DNA of 64,000 nucleotides from NCBI GenBank assembly GCA_009103225.1, contig RHPI01002090.1, forward strand, positions 644,414-708,413, in the 5' to 3' direction. Source of the stretch: Chlorokybus atmophyticus (Eukaryota; Plantae; Mesostigma and Chlorokybus algae). The translations under genes and the position numbers were made by a program. The notes below the pieces were generated by a model. That model searched no databases and had not been told where the DNA came from. It was given only the letters and a program-made list of their open reading frames with translations. Shown here in pieces: positions 30,951 through 47,945 of this stretch. How positions within the stretch are numbered: position 1 is the stretch's first letter; each line of letters opens with the position of its first letter.

Positions 30951-32335
30951 CNNNNNNNNNNTCCCCCCCCCCCCCCCCCCCCCCTTCCCCCATTGCAATT
31001 ACATTCAACATTCAATTAGCTGTTGAGTTGTAGTTCATGTGTACTTAAGTGCATATGAATAACATTTCGTTGACATTATTTACATGAGGATGTATTCGAC
31101 ATATCGATATTACAAAAGAAATTGTATCGCCTTTTGAAACCGACCAAAACCTTTAACACAACTTGTAGAGTTCCATTTATTACAGCCCACCATTTATATT
31201 GTGTCAACATACATCAGCTAAGAGTTGTTTTCAATTGGCGCCCGCAATAAGATTGCAGAAATAGAAGTGCCCCGAATACAAGCCATATGACAATTTACCC
31301 CCATCCAGAACGAAAAGGATACACTGAGAGGGGGGCGCGGTCGGGGCGGANNGGGGGAGGGGGGGACGGGTAAAAGCGATTCATTACGTTCAATGGTTCA
31401 AAGAAATTGTATGCCGATATACTTGTTTAGTGCAGCATCTGAACATGGTCGATTTACCAGGTAACTGTTGATCAGCTGGTATAATACACATACCATAGCT
31501 ACGGTGCAGGTGATTGCGTCCGCCACTTGCATGCATGCATGACGAACAGGGTGGGGCAGTTGTGGTGGTAGTGTAGATAGAGAAGTAGGTAGTGTGAGCG
31601 CGCTTTAGCCCGGTGGTCGTGTTAAAGGTGCATGTGTGTGAGGTGTGTAGCTTTTGGCTTGTGTACACGATGCATGCGACTGACACACCTATGCATGTAA
31701 TAGTATAGGGAGAACGATGTTACACACCTCTTGTACTCACTAGCACAGCTCAAGACATCTGGTCGCTAGGATGATCGCTAGGATGATTGCTGAGGAGGAC
31801 TTGATTACGATGTTGGTTCATGCAAAATAACTCATTTCATGGCATAACTTGCGGACTGCAAATGACCTTGGACCTTAATTTGCATTCAAGCGCAAGTATA
31901 GGAGAGGATAAGGTATGGGCATTGACATGTGCTCGGACAATGTTGTTATTGCTGCGGTGGTATTGTTTTAGACATCATGGGCAACACACTCTTACCTATT
32001 GCACACCCAATCCCTCAAGAATGAGCGCAGCGCATTAGCACAAACACACTTGTTGGACATGATCAATGTGTGCACAGCATTCATTGCATGTTTAGAATAG
32101 TTTTTTATAATTATGTACACGCTGTTCCATGCCCACCCACGAGCAGCGCAATGCACACCTACATGTACAACCACTTGCGAGAAATCAACAAACAAAACTG
32201 TGAAGTGATGTACCCATATAAGAACACTCACCTGTACCAACATATACACTGAGGGCTGGGATGCCGTATGTAGGTAATTTAGAGATATCTCGCATGACCA
32301 CAGTACTAACTACTTTGGAACTCCTGCCAGCATAC

Positions 32336-33584
32336 TTAGTTGAGGCCATATCCTAGAATGAAGAGGAAAAAGAAGAACACCAGGCTGCCCCAGATCAAGA
32401 GGTTCTTCTGCCCTGAAGTGAGGCTGTTTCCTCCCAACCCATACTTCTGGTTTTCTGCGAACCCAGCAAGCACAACCTGCAAAACATATAATCAAGCGTC
32501 TGTGCTGTTTCCTTTTTACACTCCCATGACATGTCACATGACCATCGCCTTCAGTAACTGCATTGCAAACAATACACATACCTCCTTGGAGTTGAAAAAC
32601 TGCTTCTCTGCTCCACAAGTGGGACACTGCCAGTCACCAGGGAGGTCTTTGAACTGCGTCCCTTTAGAAATCGGGTATGACGAATCACCTTGGGTGGGGT
32701 CATACTCGTACTGCGCACGGACGTGTCAACGACCACAACACTGTGTGGCATAATGAAGGCCAACAGCATTGCACTAGCGCGCATCTCAATACAGGCTATG
32801 GCGTCTTCAATGACTTTGACTGGAACTTACCCCACAACTCCTGCAGGCAAACTTGCCGCTCTCCCGGGTAGCGAGTGTTTCATTACGGGCCCTGGCGACA
32901 ACAACAAGGGTGCATGTCAGCGCCAATGGCTGAAATCTGAGGTACAAGGAGGCCAACCAAGAAGCAACACAAACATGCAAATGACAATGATGCTGATTGA
33001 AGAAAGCAGCTCGTAAACAAAGCAAGGTACATAGGGAAGAATGGTGTACAGGGAGAGGACACAGTCAGTCAGCGAGACTGCGAAATGGTTGTCAATGCGA
33101 GCATGTTTAATTGAGCGCATTGACGACCAAAATACATGCAGACGCCTTTAGCTGTGCACAACGTGTCTGCAGTACACGCGAGTGGTGCAGCTACGGGAGA
33201 TTCACAGGCAATACACTCAAGTCGTGCAGCTACGGGAAACAATGACAGGCAATGCACTCTGCAGCACAAGACATATGCAACTCACTTCTCCTCAATCTCC
33301 TTGCGGCGATCCAGGCGCGCCTTCTCCCTGCTTACAGCCTCGCTCTTCCCCACGGCAAAGTCCACATCGAGCGAGGAGGCGGCCCCACGGTCACCGCCGC
33401 TGCTGCTATCGCCCCCATCGGCGGCCGCCCTCACCACCGCCGGCCGAGAGCGACAGCGCAGTGCCGCTGCACCAGAGGAGGCGATCCGCCGCCTGGACGG
33501 CAGCCGCAGCACGGCCGATGATCCTCCCGGCTGCAGCAAGCACACCGAACCGCTCAGCGCCGTCGACGCCATCGCCGCCGGCAT
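32336..33584 (-). CDS. RBD1: Thylakoid rubredoxin (RBD1/RubA-like, PSII assembly), 4 exons
   Basis: A transit-peptide-like N-terminus, then KFACRSCG|YEYDPTQGDSSYPISKGTQFKDLPGDWQCPTCGAEKQFFNSKE|VVLAGFAENQKYGLGGNSLTSGQKNLLIWGSLVFFFFLFILGYGLN*. Two CxxCG motifs plus a C-terminal TM helix. Start is 33584 or 33572. Confidence 0.92.
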
Positions 33585-33704
33585 CCCCGAAGACGTCGCC
33601 GCTAACGCCACCGTCACAGGATAAACACGCATATACTCGCTGCCCAACTGTTGCGCCACGTCACCTGCTGAGAGGGGGCACACGCTGTGCGCTCTTGTGC
33701 GTTT

Positions 33705-33712
33705 TAGGGTTT
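33705..33712 (-). promoter_or_regulatory. Telo-box AAACCCTA between divergent RBD1 and RPB5
   Basis: tagggttt at 33705-33712, with a second ttagggtt at ~33723. Confidence 0.55.
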
Positions 33713-33772
33713 CTTGTGCCAATTAGGGTTGGGTTGGTGGTGGATGTGGTTGTGCATGTGGGCGGCGGCGGC

Positions 33773-34387
33773 ATGATGGACGAGAGGGCGACGCGGTTGT
33801 ACCGCGTGAGGAGAACGGTGTGGCAGATGCTGGCAGACAGGGGGTATCTGGTGTCGCCGGCGGAGCTGGAGCTGACGCGGGAGGTGTTCAGGGAGAGGTA
33901 CGGGGAGGAGCCCAAGCGGGATGAGCTCACCATCCTGGTGCCCCGCAAGGAGGACCCCTCTATGCAAGTCTTCGTGTTCTTCCCCGAAGACACCAAGGTG
34001 GGCGTGAAGACCATCAAGACCTATGCCGAGCGCATGAAGGCCGAGGGCGTTGGCCACGCCATCATGGTTGTCCAGAGCTCCCTCACCGCCTTCGCCAAGC
34101 AGTGCCTCGCTGAGATGGCCCCCAAGTACCGCATTGAGCAGTTCCAAGAGGCGGAACTCTTGGTCAACATCACCAAGCACGTCCTCGTCCCACAGCACAT
34201 CCTCCTCACACCCGAGGAGAAGCGCCAGCTGCTGGAACGCTACCGCGTCAAGGAGACGCAATTGCCACGCATCCAGCTGTCTGACCCCGTCGCTCGCTAC
34301 TACGGCATGACCAGGGGTCAGGTCGTGCGTATCATCCGCTCCTCTGAAACCGCTGGGAGATATGTCACCTATCGCCTTGTTGTATAG
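33773..34387 (+). CDS. RPB5: RNA polymerase subunit RPB5 (RPABC1), intronless
   Basis: MMDERATRLYRVRRTVWQMLADRGY...QVFVFFPEDTKVGVKTIK...EAELLVNITKHVLVPQH...LPRIQLSDPVARYYG...VVRIIRSSETAGRYVTYRLVV. Confidence 0.97.
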   Translation: MMDERATRLYRVRRTVWQMLADRGYLVSPAELELTREVFRERYGEEPKRDELTILVPRKEDPSMQVFVFFPEDTKVGVKTIKTYAERMKAEGVGHAIMVVQSSLTAFAKQCLAEMAPKYRIEQFQEAELLVNITKHVLVPQHILLTPEEKRQLLERYRVKETQLPRIQLSDPVARYYGMTRGQVVRIIRSSETAGRYVTYRLVV

Positions 34388-35810
34388 TTGGGAGGTGAAG
34401 GGTTTGTGAAGTTGCTTGGGGAGCGGGTGGGTTTTGTGCAGCATGCTCAGGTATGTGTGCATGGTTAGCTTTGCACTGGATCGTGCAGCCTTGTAGTTCC
34501 ATATCGTATGGCTTATGTAGTGTACAGTAGTTGTATACGTCGGCAACAATGACAGTTGCTGAATACTTTATATCCAGTAATCACAGCAATATGCGTGTGC
34601 AGCTGCATCAACTTGTTTGGCGTGAGTAGCTTTGCCTGCCGTGCTGGAGCATTGTGTTAGTCTTCAACACATGCTTACTTAGGTTGCACAACATCAGGGC
34701 ACAGTCAGCTTGACTGCGGCTCATACAGATGACACAATGTCAGCAGCCGCAGCAAGAAGTCACCCTGCCCTTAAAAGAATAAGCAATATAACCACTGTAT
34801 GTACACATGTACATCCATTGCTTGACAAGCATGTCTGAGCTGCAGTCACGATTGTTAAAGTCTGAAGAGACTCATAATGTTGTTGCATGCACTTGTGATG
34901 CTGCTAGGAGGGCCAGCGACAGTGCGGCATTTGAATTAGTGAAACTGACGGTGGGCTGCACATTTCTATCAGCACAATGTTGTGGACAGCGCAGAGTGTA
35001 CGCAGAGTAGTTGAGATGGCGCAGTGTAATGGAATTTGCTGGTTGATCTTGAAACATGTGTCCCCTCAGCGGCCACAGTCACGTACTTGGCGGTGGTGGA
35101 CTGTTGCGGTGCATAGGCTGGTTGGTTGTGGTGCAGGTGGGGAGCGTGTGAGCGCTGCTGTGCAGGTTGGTTGTTGCTAGCATGGAATCTGGGCCAATCC
35201 CTTGCCATTGCAAAATGCTTGCTTTCGCTGTGCCTTCCCTATTGCATTGCTGTGTGCCTTGTTTGCCGCATAGTGTGGTGTAGGCATTGCGTGAGTAACC
35301 ATTACATTTCTGCTTGCTGGGGTAGTATTAGCATCAACCATTTGCCTGCAAGCCATACCTTTGGGCGCGCATTGCAGAGTTGAGGTCTACTAGCTTCCGG
35401 TCGCACATGCATCCCTTCCCCCTTCCCTCTGCCCACACTCCTCCCCCGGTCTTTAGCTAGTGCACTTAGCTATAGCCTAGTGGGGCCCCCCACCCCATTG
35501 TTTTAGCCTGGCTTGTGCTGTATCATTCAATATTTTGGTGTGTTGTGCTTGCTTTACTGATCGGCCCTAATCCATCTGTTGTGTAATATGCATGCTGCCA
35601 TCTGCAGGTAGTGGCGATGCCCGGCTGCTCACCTGTTTGCTTGCTTGCCTGCCAATCCGTGCATTCACATTCAGACCCAGCCCCTCAACCTAGCTTAGCT
35701 AGCTGTGCTAAGTTGTGTTGTTGTTGCTATTGTCTAAGGTCTTGCTGCTATGCTGCCTGCTGGTTCATGATACTTTGTGGCCCCTCTATTCTACCCTATG
35801 CATATATCAG

Positions 35811-36008
35811 TGTTGTTGCATACGCATGCAAACAACCATTGGTTGTTGTCATGGCACGACGAGAGTGGCGGGGAGGGGGGCGGGCGTAGATCACAGCAAA
35901 ACACCGCGCATGTTGTTGCATACGCATGCTGACAGCCACTGGTTGTCGTCGTGGCACGACGAGAGAGTGGCCGGGAAGGGGGCGGGCGTAAAGCACAGCA
36001 CAACACCG
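35811..36008. repeat. Two tandem copies of a ~100-bp unit
   Basis: tgttgttgcatacgcatgc...ggcacgacgagag...ggggcgggcgta...acagca..acaccgc starts at 35811 and 35911. Confidence 0.8.
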
Positions 36009-38280
36009 CTCATACCACATCACGACTGCTTGCTGTATCCTGCTCCTCAAACTCGACTAGCCTGATTGTGGCAAACTTGTGCGCCTTTGATTGATAACTT
36101 CATACATTGATACTTGCTGCTGCTCCCACCTCCCACGCGCGTGGCCTCACCTTGGGGCGTCTGAGCGGGTTCGTGGCGCTGTATTGATAACGCGTGGCGT
36201 GCGCCCTGCAGCGGGCGCAAGGGATGGCGCTGCTGGAGCGAGGTGCGGCCGCCGTGGTGGCTGCCCCGGGCTGGGCGCCGTTACAAACGGTGCCACCAAC
36301 GGCGGAGGAGGACGCGGTGCTTGCTGGCTTTGCAGGCCCCGTGTAGGCATTGTTTGACCCTGTATTCTAATTACTTGTGTGTACTAGGCATGGACAGAAC
36401 CTGACCCTTCTTGTGTATTGAGTGCAATCAATATAAGAGTTACACCTCCCTCACCCATACACCCACCTTGGCATTGCACGGCACATGGGATCACTTAACA
36501 TAGTATGTAGTGATGGCCCCGGGGGTAATATGATCGTGCTTGCCTGCTTGCGTGACTTAGCCTTGATGTGGTGGCATGTGGGTGCTTGCAATGCATGTGT
36601 ACAGAATATTGTAGACGATATTGTGAATATGACCTATACATAATCCATATGCAACGACAAAAGCAAGCATGTGCATTTAAAGCAGTAACCTGCGCTATGT
36701 TTGCACTCTGAATCAATGACCATTGTATGTATTCACGACTGAAATACAACCCTGCATTGCATACTTGTACACATGGTGATGTTGAATGCAGAGGCGCAAA
36801 TTGCGGAATCGATGTAAAGCATGATTACAATGTCCATCGTTGCAACGATTGCGTGTGGCGGCAGCACAAGCTACTAAATAGTACTGACGAGTTCACAGAC
36901 GCAAGTTAGAGACCGTGAAAGCGTTTAAAAAAGCACTGGCGGCCAGATTGCTCATATTTTGCGAAGATAGTGTTGGTGTGCATGCAAAATGTTGTAAATC
37001 AATTTATGATAAACATATAAGCGCAACCCCGCAACCATTAGCCGTGTATGTGACTATTGCCAATTTGAAACAACCCAGTCATTTGGTAATCAGCTCGATT
37101 TATTTATGAGAAAATAGCAATATGTGTTGACAAAAGCAGTTGCTTTATGATTGGACTTAACTGCTAGCTAGGAATTAAGTTGCTAGAACTAACGGCGCAT
37201 TACAGATGCAGCGCGCGGAGACGCCCAAATCAATTGCAATTCATTCCGACAATCTGCATCATAGTTTCTTCAATACCGCAGTTTGCTAAGGATAAAGTGC
37301 GTCTTTCGACCCTTGGCAATAAGGCAATTGTTATATAGTGTGTAATCTAATTTGTTACATACGATTGTGTGAAGTCAACTCGAATACCTGAGCAACATGA
37401 TAAATGACGACATAAGTGTATTCGTTTCCTTTACGGCAATGTCGCTTAGTATTGTCTCATCAAGTCACAAAAATTGTGTCGCAAAGTACTATTATTATTA
37501 CAAATCAAGCCATCCACAAGCACTCAACTTATCAAAGATCATAAGCAATAAGAAAGAAGGCATCACATATACGCCTGACGGCAATATGATTGCCACATGC
37601 ATTGAAGCATGTAAACTATTGTGCATCACGTTTGCGTGAATGTTTAAGGTTTTCAAAACCATGCATTAAAGATGCAAATACAATCACACACAAAATCATT
37701 GCGACATAATATTGAAAGACATGCGTTACAATACTTTAAACATATACTTATACTTATTACATATAACATGGTAATCAAGTTGATGAAGCTTACATGAAGC
37801 ATATATAAGCACATATCACACCATGTGTGAAGTTGAACATTGTAACAATAGCAATGTTGCTTCATGCGTGCAATGCAAGACAGACTACACTCTTTACCTG
37901 ACAACATTTACAATTGTCTACATTCACGCACAACACCGACGGACGTACCTTACGGACTCGTGGTGTCGCTAGCTTGACCTCAAAGGTGACACCAACTTTG
38001 AACATTACCCCTAACACCACCATGCCTTACAGCCACTCTTTTCGCATGCACCGCCACTTTTCCCTTACTCACACTCTTCACGTTGATCTCAGCTATCTTG
38101 GCTATGTTGGCCATACGTTACCATGTAACCGCCCACACTACTCAAGGCACATGACGGCTGAAGGCGCAGCGTTGAACCAAGCCCGACTAGAAGGGATATG
38201 CATGGCACAATCCTTTACGGCCTTGCTGCTCCTCAACTGCAAAGCTAATGGCCGAAACCAATGCAATGGCCACCAATCAA

Positions 38281-41200
38281 CTACACGGTCTCCTCCATCA
38301 CCAATGATAGCCGCTGCAGCACCCCAGTCTGTTCTTGCAGATGTTCCTAACAACATAGAATGAGTAACAACGTGGCAGTCGAGTTAGACTATCTCAAGGA
38401 GGCTTTTAAGCAATTGCCTTCCATTACATACACCAACAGGCCATGCATGCTAGAACATACTTGTGCTAGTAGATAGCGCGCACGGGTTTGCTGTTCCAGC
38501 AGATGCCGCCATTGCAGTGCCAGGCCAAATTCAATAGTGTTGTGCTGTGCAAAGTGCGCTGCAATTGAACCAAAATCATGAGGTGTGCCAATTCGAGTGC
38601 CAGTGAACAACTGTGCTGGGAAATGGCCAACGAAATGGAAGCCTTCATTCTTCAATCCATAATCTTCTGGCTTGCCCACTAACACCGGTCTGCAACAGCA
38701 AGTAAACAAATTTACGTACCCAAAGAGAATGAAACCGAATCTTTGGTTGCGACGTCAATGAGAATAGTCAACACTGGATTGGTCGCTCATAGGACATCGC
38801 ACCTGGCACTGGGATCCAACAGCAACAGCTTGCTATTCAACATTGTGTTTGCCTGCTCCGCGGCAGCTGCATTTGCAAATACCACATAACCCTACACAAC
38901 ACTTCAGCAATGAATTTTAATGCAAGAATGTGTCCGTGAAGCCACAACCACACTTGGCAAATAGAGGCAGGCATCTGCTAGCATACTGTAAAAAGCCAAC
39001 AAAGGTGCTCACAACGCACCTGAGCACACGCAAACGCATCATGCCACAAGTCCGGAAGGAGAGCAGCATCTTCGACTCCTGTGCATGCTGCCGCAAAAGC
39101 CTCCCAGAGTTGATTGCTGTCAACGCCTTTGCACAGATTGCTAACCAACAGAACCCGGCTTGCTTGAGCATACTTAGGCAGCAGATGCGGCTGGGTTGCA
39201 ATACGCTTACGTGTCTGTTTGCATATGCGGTGGAACATCAGCTTCTGGTCTGTTGCATAGCGTCTTTACACGACAGTACCACTCACCGGCAGGGGCAACA
39301 GCTTGGACGCTTCTAGTGGCAACGAGATGTTGCCACTTGTGTCTTGGTGGTTTGTGGTTTGCTTGACTGCGCAAAACGCACAGATAAGCAAGCACAGACA
39401 AAAGGGTCACTGCAACCATGCACAATCCATCGCGCAGACAACAGCGCCCACAACAGTGGCTCTGAACCGACCTGAGACTTCATCGAGCTTGCTTGACACC
39501 CCTGGTTTCGATGACAGAACGGTGCCAGTGCTTTGACTCGTCTCCATGCCTGCTGTTCAAGAGCATGGCAGAAAACAGATGTTGCTCACAGGGCTTGTTG
39601 TGCTGAATGTGTCTAGGCACAGTACTGACCTGCAACTGATGGGACAGCCAGTGTCTCATTGGCGGCTTGACCCTCTGGTTTCCTTGAAAGCTTGGGTATC
39701 TTGGGCAGCTCCTTAGAAGGCACACCTACAGCTTTTCTCTTCTCCCCCTTGATCTTTTTCAAGGCCGGTAACCCCTTCAGCAAGCGTGCACTTGGCTTAA
39801 GCAAATGATTGGACGACCTGTGTGGCCTGCTGGGTTCATTTGCGGCTGTCAAAGCAGGTTGCTCAAAGGCTGCACTTGGCGCTTGCGCACTTGTGATCGA
39901 CATGTCCTGCTTGGTGTCGGAGTTGCCAAGGACTAGTGTTCTGACCTTGGCTATTGACGTTGACCGGGCCAACTTGACATCTAGAATGGGAGTTGAAACA
40001 GCTCTAGCAACTTGATTGTTTGACATAGTGACAGCACTTCCAGGAACACTAACAGAGGGACCTGATGAGGGTTCCGTTTTGGGGGCAAAACTCATATCTT
40101 TCACAACAGAAATTGATTGAGACGGAACCACAGCAGCTGATTTGAGACCAGAAGTTGTACGGGCCAGAGGCTCAGGCGACCCTGTGTTGGCAGCCAAAGG
40201 CTTAGCGGTGTCTTTAATAGTGACACTTGCTGGCTTGGTGCTTGCATGCGCATCTGCGTCCTGTTGACTGCTTTTGGAAACTGCAGTCTTGTTTCCACCT
40301 GCCACTCCATCTTCTGGAAGTCCCGGCTTTGGAGATTGGGTGTCCTTCATTCCTGAAGAGAGCTAATGATGCCTTGTGCATTGACACCAAGAAGTGGGTG
40401 CAGCCAACGAGTGCCTTGGCTGCGACAGCTGGCTGGTGCGGGTGCTCTGTCAACGCTAAGATCACATTGCCTTGCAGCTTACCTGTAAGACAAGACACAA
40501 TCTGACCTTAACGCCTGTGACTTTATGGTACCAATAAAAAGCTGCCCGCATCCTAGCTTGGGGAGATACTACTTAAGCTGAAGTTGTCGTATTTTGCCAC
40601 CCCAAAAGCACCAGCATGCAGTTAATAGGCGTATAGTCAATGCCAACTCACCTGACGCGGTTTGATGAACCTTGGCTTCCACTTGCGCACCACTCCCACA
40701 CTTCTTTTGCACCAGCTGAAGGAGATGCGGAGGGTTCACAACATGATCTGCTTGAGTGTTAGTAAAGTACACACAGTACGAGACGAGTTTGTTCAGGTGA
40801 CTGCAGGACTAACCTTTGTGGTCCCTGTACAAGCCATGAAGGCTCACCATCTGCTTGCGCTGCAACCATCACGTACATCGGCGTCAAGATGGTTGCCTGT
40901 TGCCAAGACTCACCAATGTAACACATGGTGCCCTTAAATCACATGTGCTTTGAGCAGTCCCTTCACCGTCCCGCCGACACATTCACCCCCCCTCACGTGC
41001 GCATGCACACACACGCCCNNNNNNNNNNNNNNNNNNNNNNNNNNNNNNNNNNNNNNNNNNNNNNNNNNNNNNNNNNNNNNNNNNNNNNNNNNNNNNNNNN
41101 NNNNNNNNNNNNNNNNNNNNNNNNNNNNNNNNNNNNNNNNNNNNNNNNNNNNNNNNNNNNNNNNNNNNNNNNNNNNNNNNNNNNNNNNNNNNNNNNNNNN

Positions 41201-42487
41201 NNNNNNNNNNNNNNNNNNNNNNNNNNNNNNNNNNNNCCTCCCTGGGGACAGTGTGACACTGAGTGCTACGGCAAGCATTGTCAACATGCTGGCTCTGTAT
41301 GTCATTTTCGATGCAGTCCTGCACTTTCCTCCGTTCACACAGTATGTGCACCAATTGGCCGGACGACTTGTGACTTAAGAACCAAGGTGTGAACGTACTG
41401 GACATTATACCATGCACAGCTGTGAACTCAGTACAGACTTACTTTGTCGTGCCATGCACATCGGAAAAAGTAGTCTACATAGTCGGTCATTTGCTTTCCA
41501 GGAGGCACAACTGGTATGTTGTCATGGCTCAGGTGCTCCCAAGTGCAAGCAACCAGAACCCTTTTGATAATAACCTCCATGGAGTTTACATCAACCTCTG
41601 CCTTATCATCGGCTGCAAGGAATATCTGCAAGACAACGTGACGACAATGTGACAACAATGACAGTCCAAGCGACTAAGGTGGGCCCACTTCAAGCACCCG
41701 CAACGCCTACTCCAAGCACTGTGCAAAACGAAGGAGACAGTTCATACACCACTGCAATGCTCATTGCTCGACTCTTTGCATGAGGGGATACCCATGCCGT
41801 CACTGGATACATGTTCACACGCAGGCTGACACGCATGCACCTCTTTTGCATGAGGTTTCCTGTCTGGGTGTGAAGAAAAGTACTGCTTGTCAATATCAGT
41901 TGGTCGGAAAAACCAGCGGCCCGTCATCATGCGCTGACCCTTATCGGTGCCTTTCAGCTCCTGCGGCAAGCATACCGTCTACATGCTGAAAGCAGAAGGC
42001 AGGAACTAGCCAGCCAACGAGTGCCATGCGCACGCGTTGAGGTGCACTTGATGCTAGTCACTGCGTTCCCTACACGGATTTACCAACGACGTACCTCCCA
42101 CATGCTCGTAATGCGCCAAACAAACGGTAACTTGCTGTCCGAAACCAGGTGCACACAGTCGAAAACTTTGATTTTCTGCTTGTTGCGAGAGCAAACAGTT
42201 CGTCAACTCATCAACCACAACGCGATGAGCGACAAGCAGAGCTGAATAGCCGCATGTGTTTAGACGCTGCATGCACGTCCTCTATGCAATTGACAGCTTA
42301 CCTGCTTGGGCCGTCCAGGCTTTGACCTAAGGCAAGCATGGTAGTACTGCCGATCGTCCGTCCTGTGCGCCTTCTTCCCCCAGATGATCTTGACAGCGTC
42401 CTCGCCGTCTGGCTCATCGTGGTCGTCCTCGTCATCCTCCTGCTGTGCGCTCCCTGTCCGCGATGTGGTCTTCCTGGCTTGCGCCAT
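38281..42487 (-). CDS. ASI1: ASI1/IBM2/SG1-like BAH + RRM protein, multi-exon (gap at 41018-41236)
   Basis: BAH: IIWGKK...RQYYHA, VFDCVHLVSDSKLPFVWRITSMWE, GRWFFRPTDI, KEIFLAA, DYFFRC. RRM: VLLVSNL...GYVVFANAAAAEQA...RPVLV. C-terminal AHFAQHNTIEFGLALQW resembles plant ASI1 SHCSQPNTIEYDMAMEW (recalled). Middle exons are only partly resolved. Confidence 0.8.
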
Positions 42488-42625
42488 CACCGCCGCCCTC
42501 CGCAGAACAGCGCTACCCCGCCAGCGCCATGCCTCGCGGTGGTGAAAACAGGCGGTGCAGAGAGAGTACTGTGTGAAAAATGATGTTACTAACATCGCCT
42601 CGTGGTATGCAACGCATTGAAGGTG

Positions 42626-42633
42626 AAACCCTA
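42626..42633 (+). promoter_or_regulatory. Telo-box AAACCCTA between divergent ASI1-like and FtsHi
   Basis: aaacccta at 42626-42633. Confidence 0.5.
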
Positions 42634-42766
42634 AGCTTGGGATAGGGGCACAAGCGGCAGTAACGGCGGCGACCACGGGGAGGACGGCGGCGGCGGCGGT
42701 GGCTTTGGCGGCGAGGTTGGTAGGGGTTTACGCAATCCCAATGGCAGGCAATTGTGAGCTTTAAGC

Positions 42767-46813
<4,047 letters not shown>

Positions 46814-47945
46814 CACAAATTAGTGTTCCTGCTTGCAAGTGATGTAATGCACGAGTGAAGTGCCACATGTGCGCAAATGGAAATGGAGGACCAGAGTGGT
46901 CTTCAGCTTGCTAAGCAAGCAAAACTATCGACACAGCACTTGGATGCAAACTACAATCACCTGATTCAACATCTCATAAGTTTGGCACTACGTTGGGCAG
47001 ACGTGAAGGCAGAGCATTGGAGTAGCAAGGCAAAGGGCGCTTCGCATCAGGCAGGACAGTGCAAGGCAGTGTGCTGAGCAACAGCAGCATTAACAAAGAT
47101 CAAGTGTCCAGCAAGAGCACCCTACGTGCACCAGTCACTTGTGTTTTGCCTTGGGTGCCTAGGCCCGGTCACATGGAGTGGTTCAGAGTGCAGTAACGGT
47201 GCCAATGATGGCAAGACTTGTTGTACTCAGTCTCACTACTCTGATGAGAGCAAGTCCACAATGGTCGCCAATTTGCATGCTGTCTGCGTGACCAAAAGCG
47301 CCAACAACTAACCAACGCCCATGTGGGCAGGTGATTACCAACTGCATATTGACTGCTGCATGTCTAACGGGGTAGAGGCAGTAGATTAGTGTGCTAGTAG
47401 TTGCCCGGTGGTTAACTATGTCATTTGTACGACACCTTGCATGTCTTGCTGCGTGCTGACTGGACTACACGTTGTGCATGCGCATGCATGTCCTGCATTT
47501 GATGTAAACCCGTACAGCAGGAAAGATGCGTACTGTGCAGGGTGTACAGCAAAACAAGCATCCACACTCACTTCATTGCAGACACCCTCTTCCAGGTGTA
47601 ACCAGTCATTAAAACCGCTGCTAAAACCGCTGATTAGACAACCTCAGATAAAGCGCTGAAAGGCAACCAAACTGTACAACAACTATGTACATGAACTATG
47701 TACGTTATGCTACTTATGTTACACGCGACTTAGTACCAGATACTAAGCTTAACACAGGCTGCACGTACAGTGCGATGGATATGTACAAAGCATGTGAAAT
47801 TACGCGGGGGGATCGGGATCAAAACCAGAACTGTCATATCCATGTGTGTTGCGCGGACAACCGTAACAGGTTGCAGCATGGAGCAAGAGACGCCGTTGCT
47901 CCTTCGGCTGGATGTACATTGAAATCTGCATGCAGCGCAGCATAG

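Noticed and set aside
33182-33772. 401-aa ORF extending RPB5 upstream
   Set aside because: The extension is antisense to RBD1 exon 1 and the shared promoter; RPB5 homology begins at 33773.
33704-34549. 281-aa minus-strand ORF
   Set aside because: Antisense shadow of GC3-rich RPB5.
37925-37965. Hairpin followed by CTAG (possible Helitron 3' end)
   Set aside because: Spacing is short, the base after CTAG is C rather than T, and no matching 5' TC end or Rep/helicase remnant was identified.
46860-47400. Short ORFs between FtsHi and the F-box gene
   Set aside because: Short, no motifs, and multiple stops on both strands.
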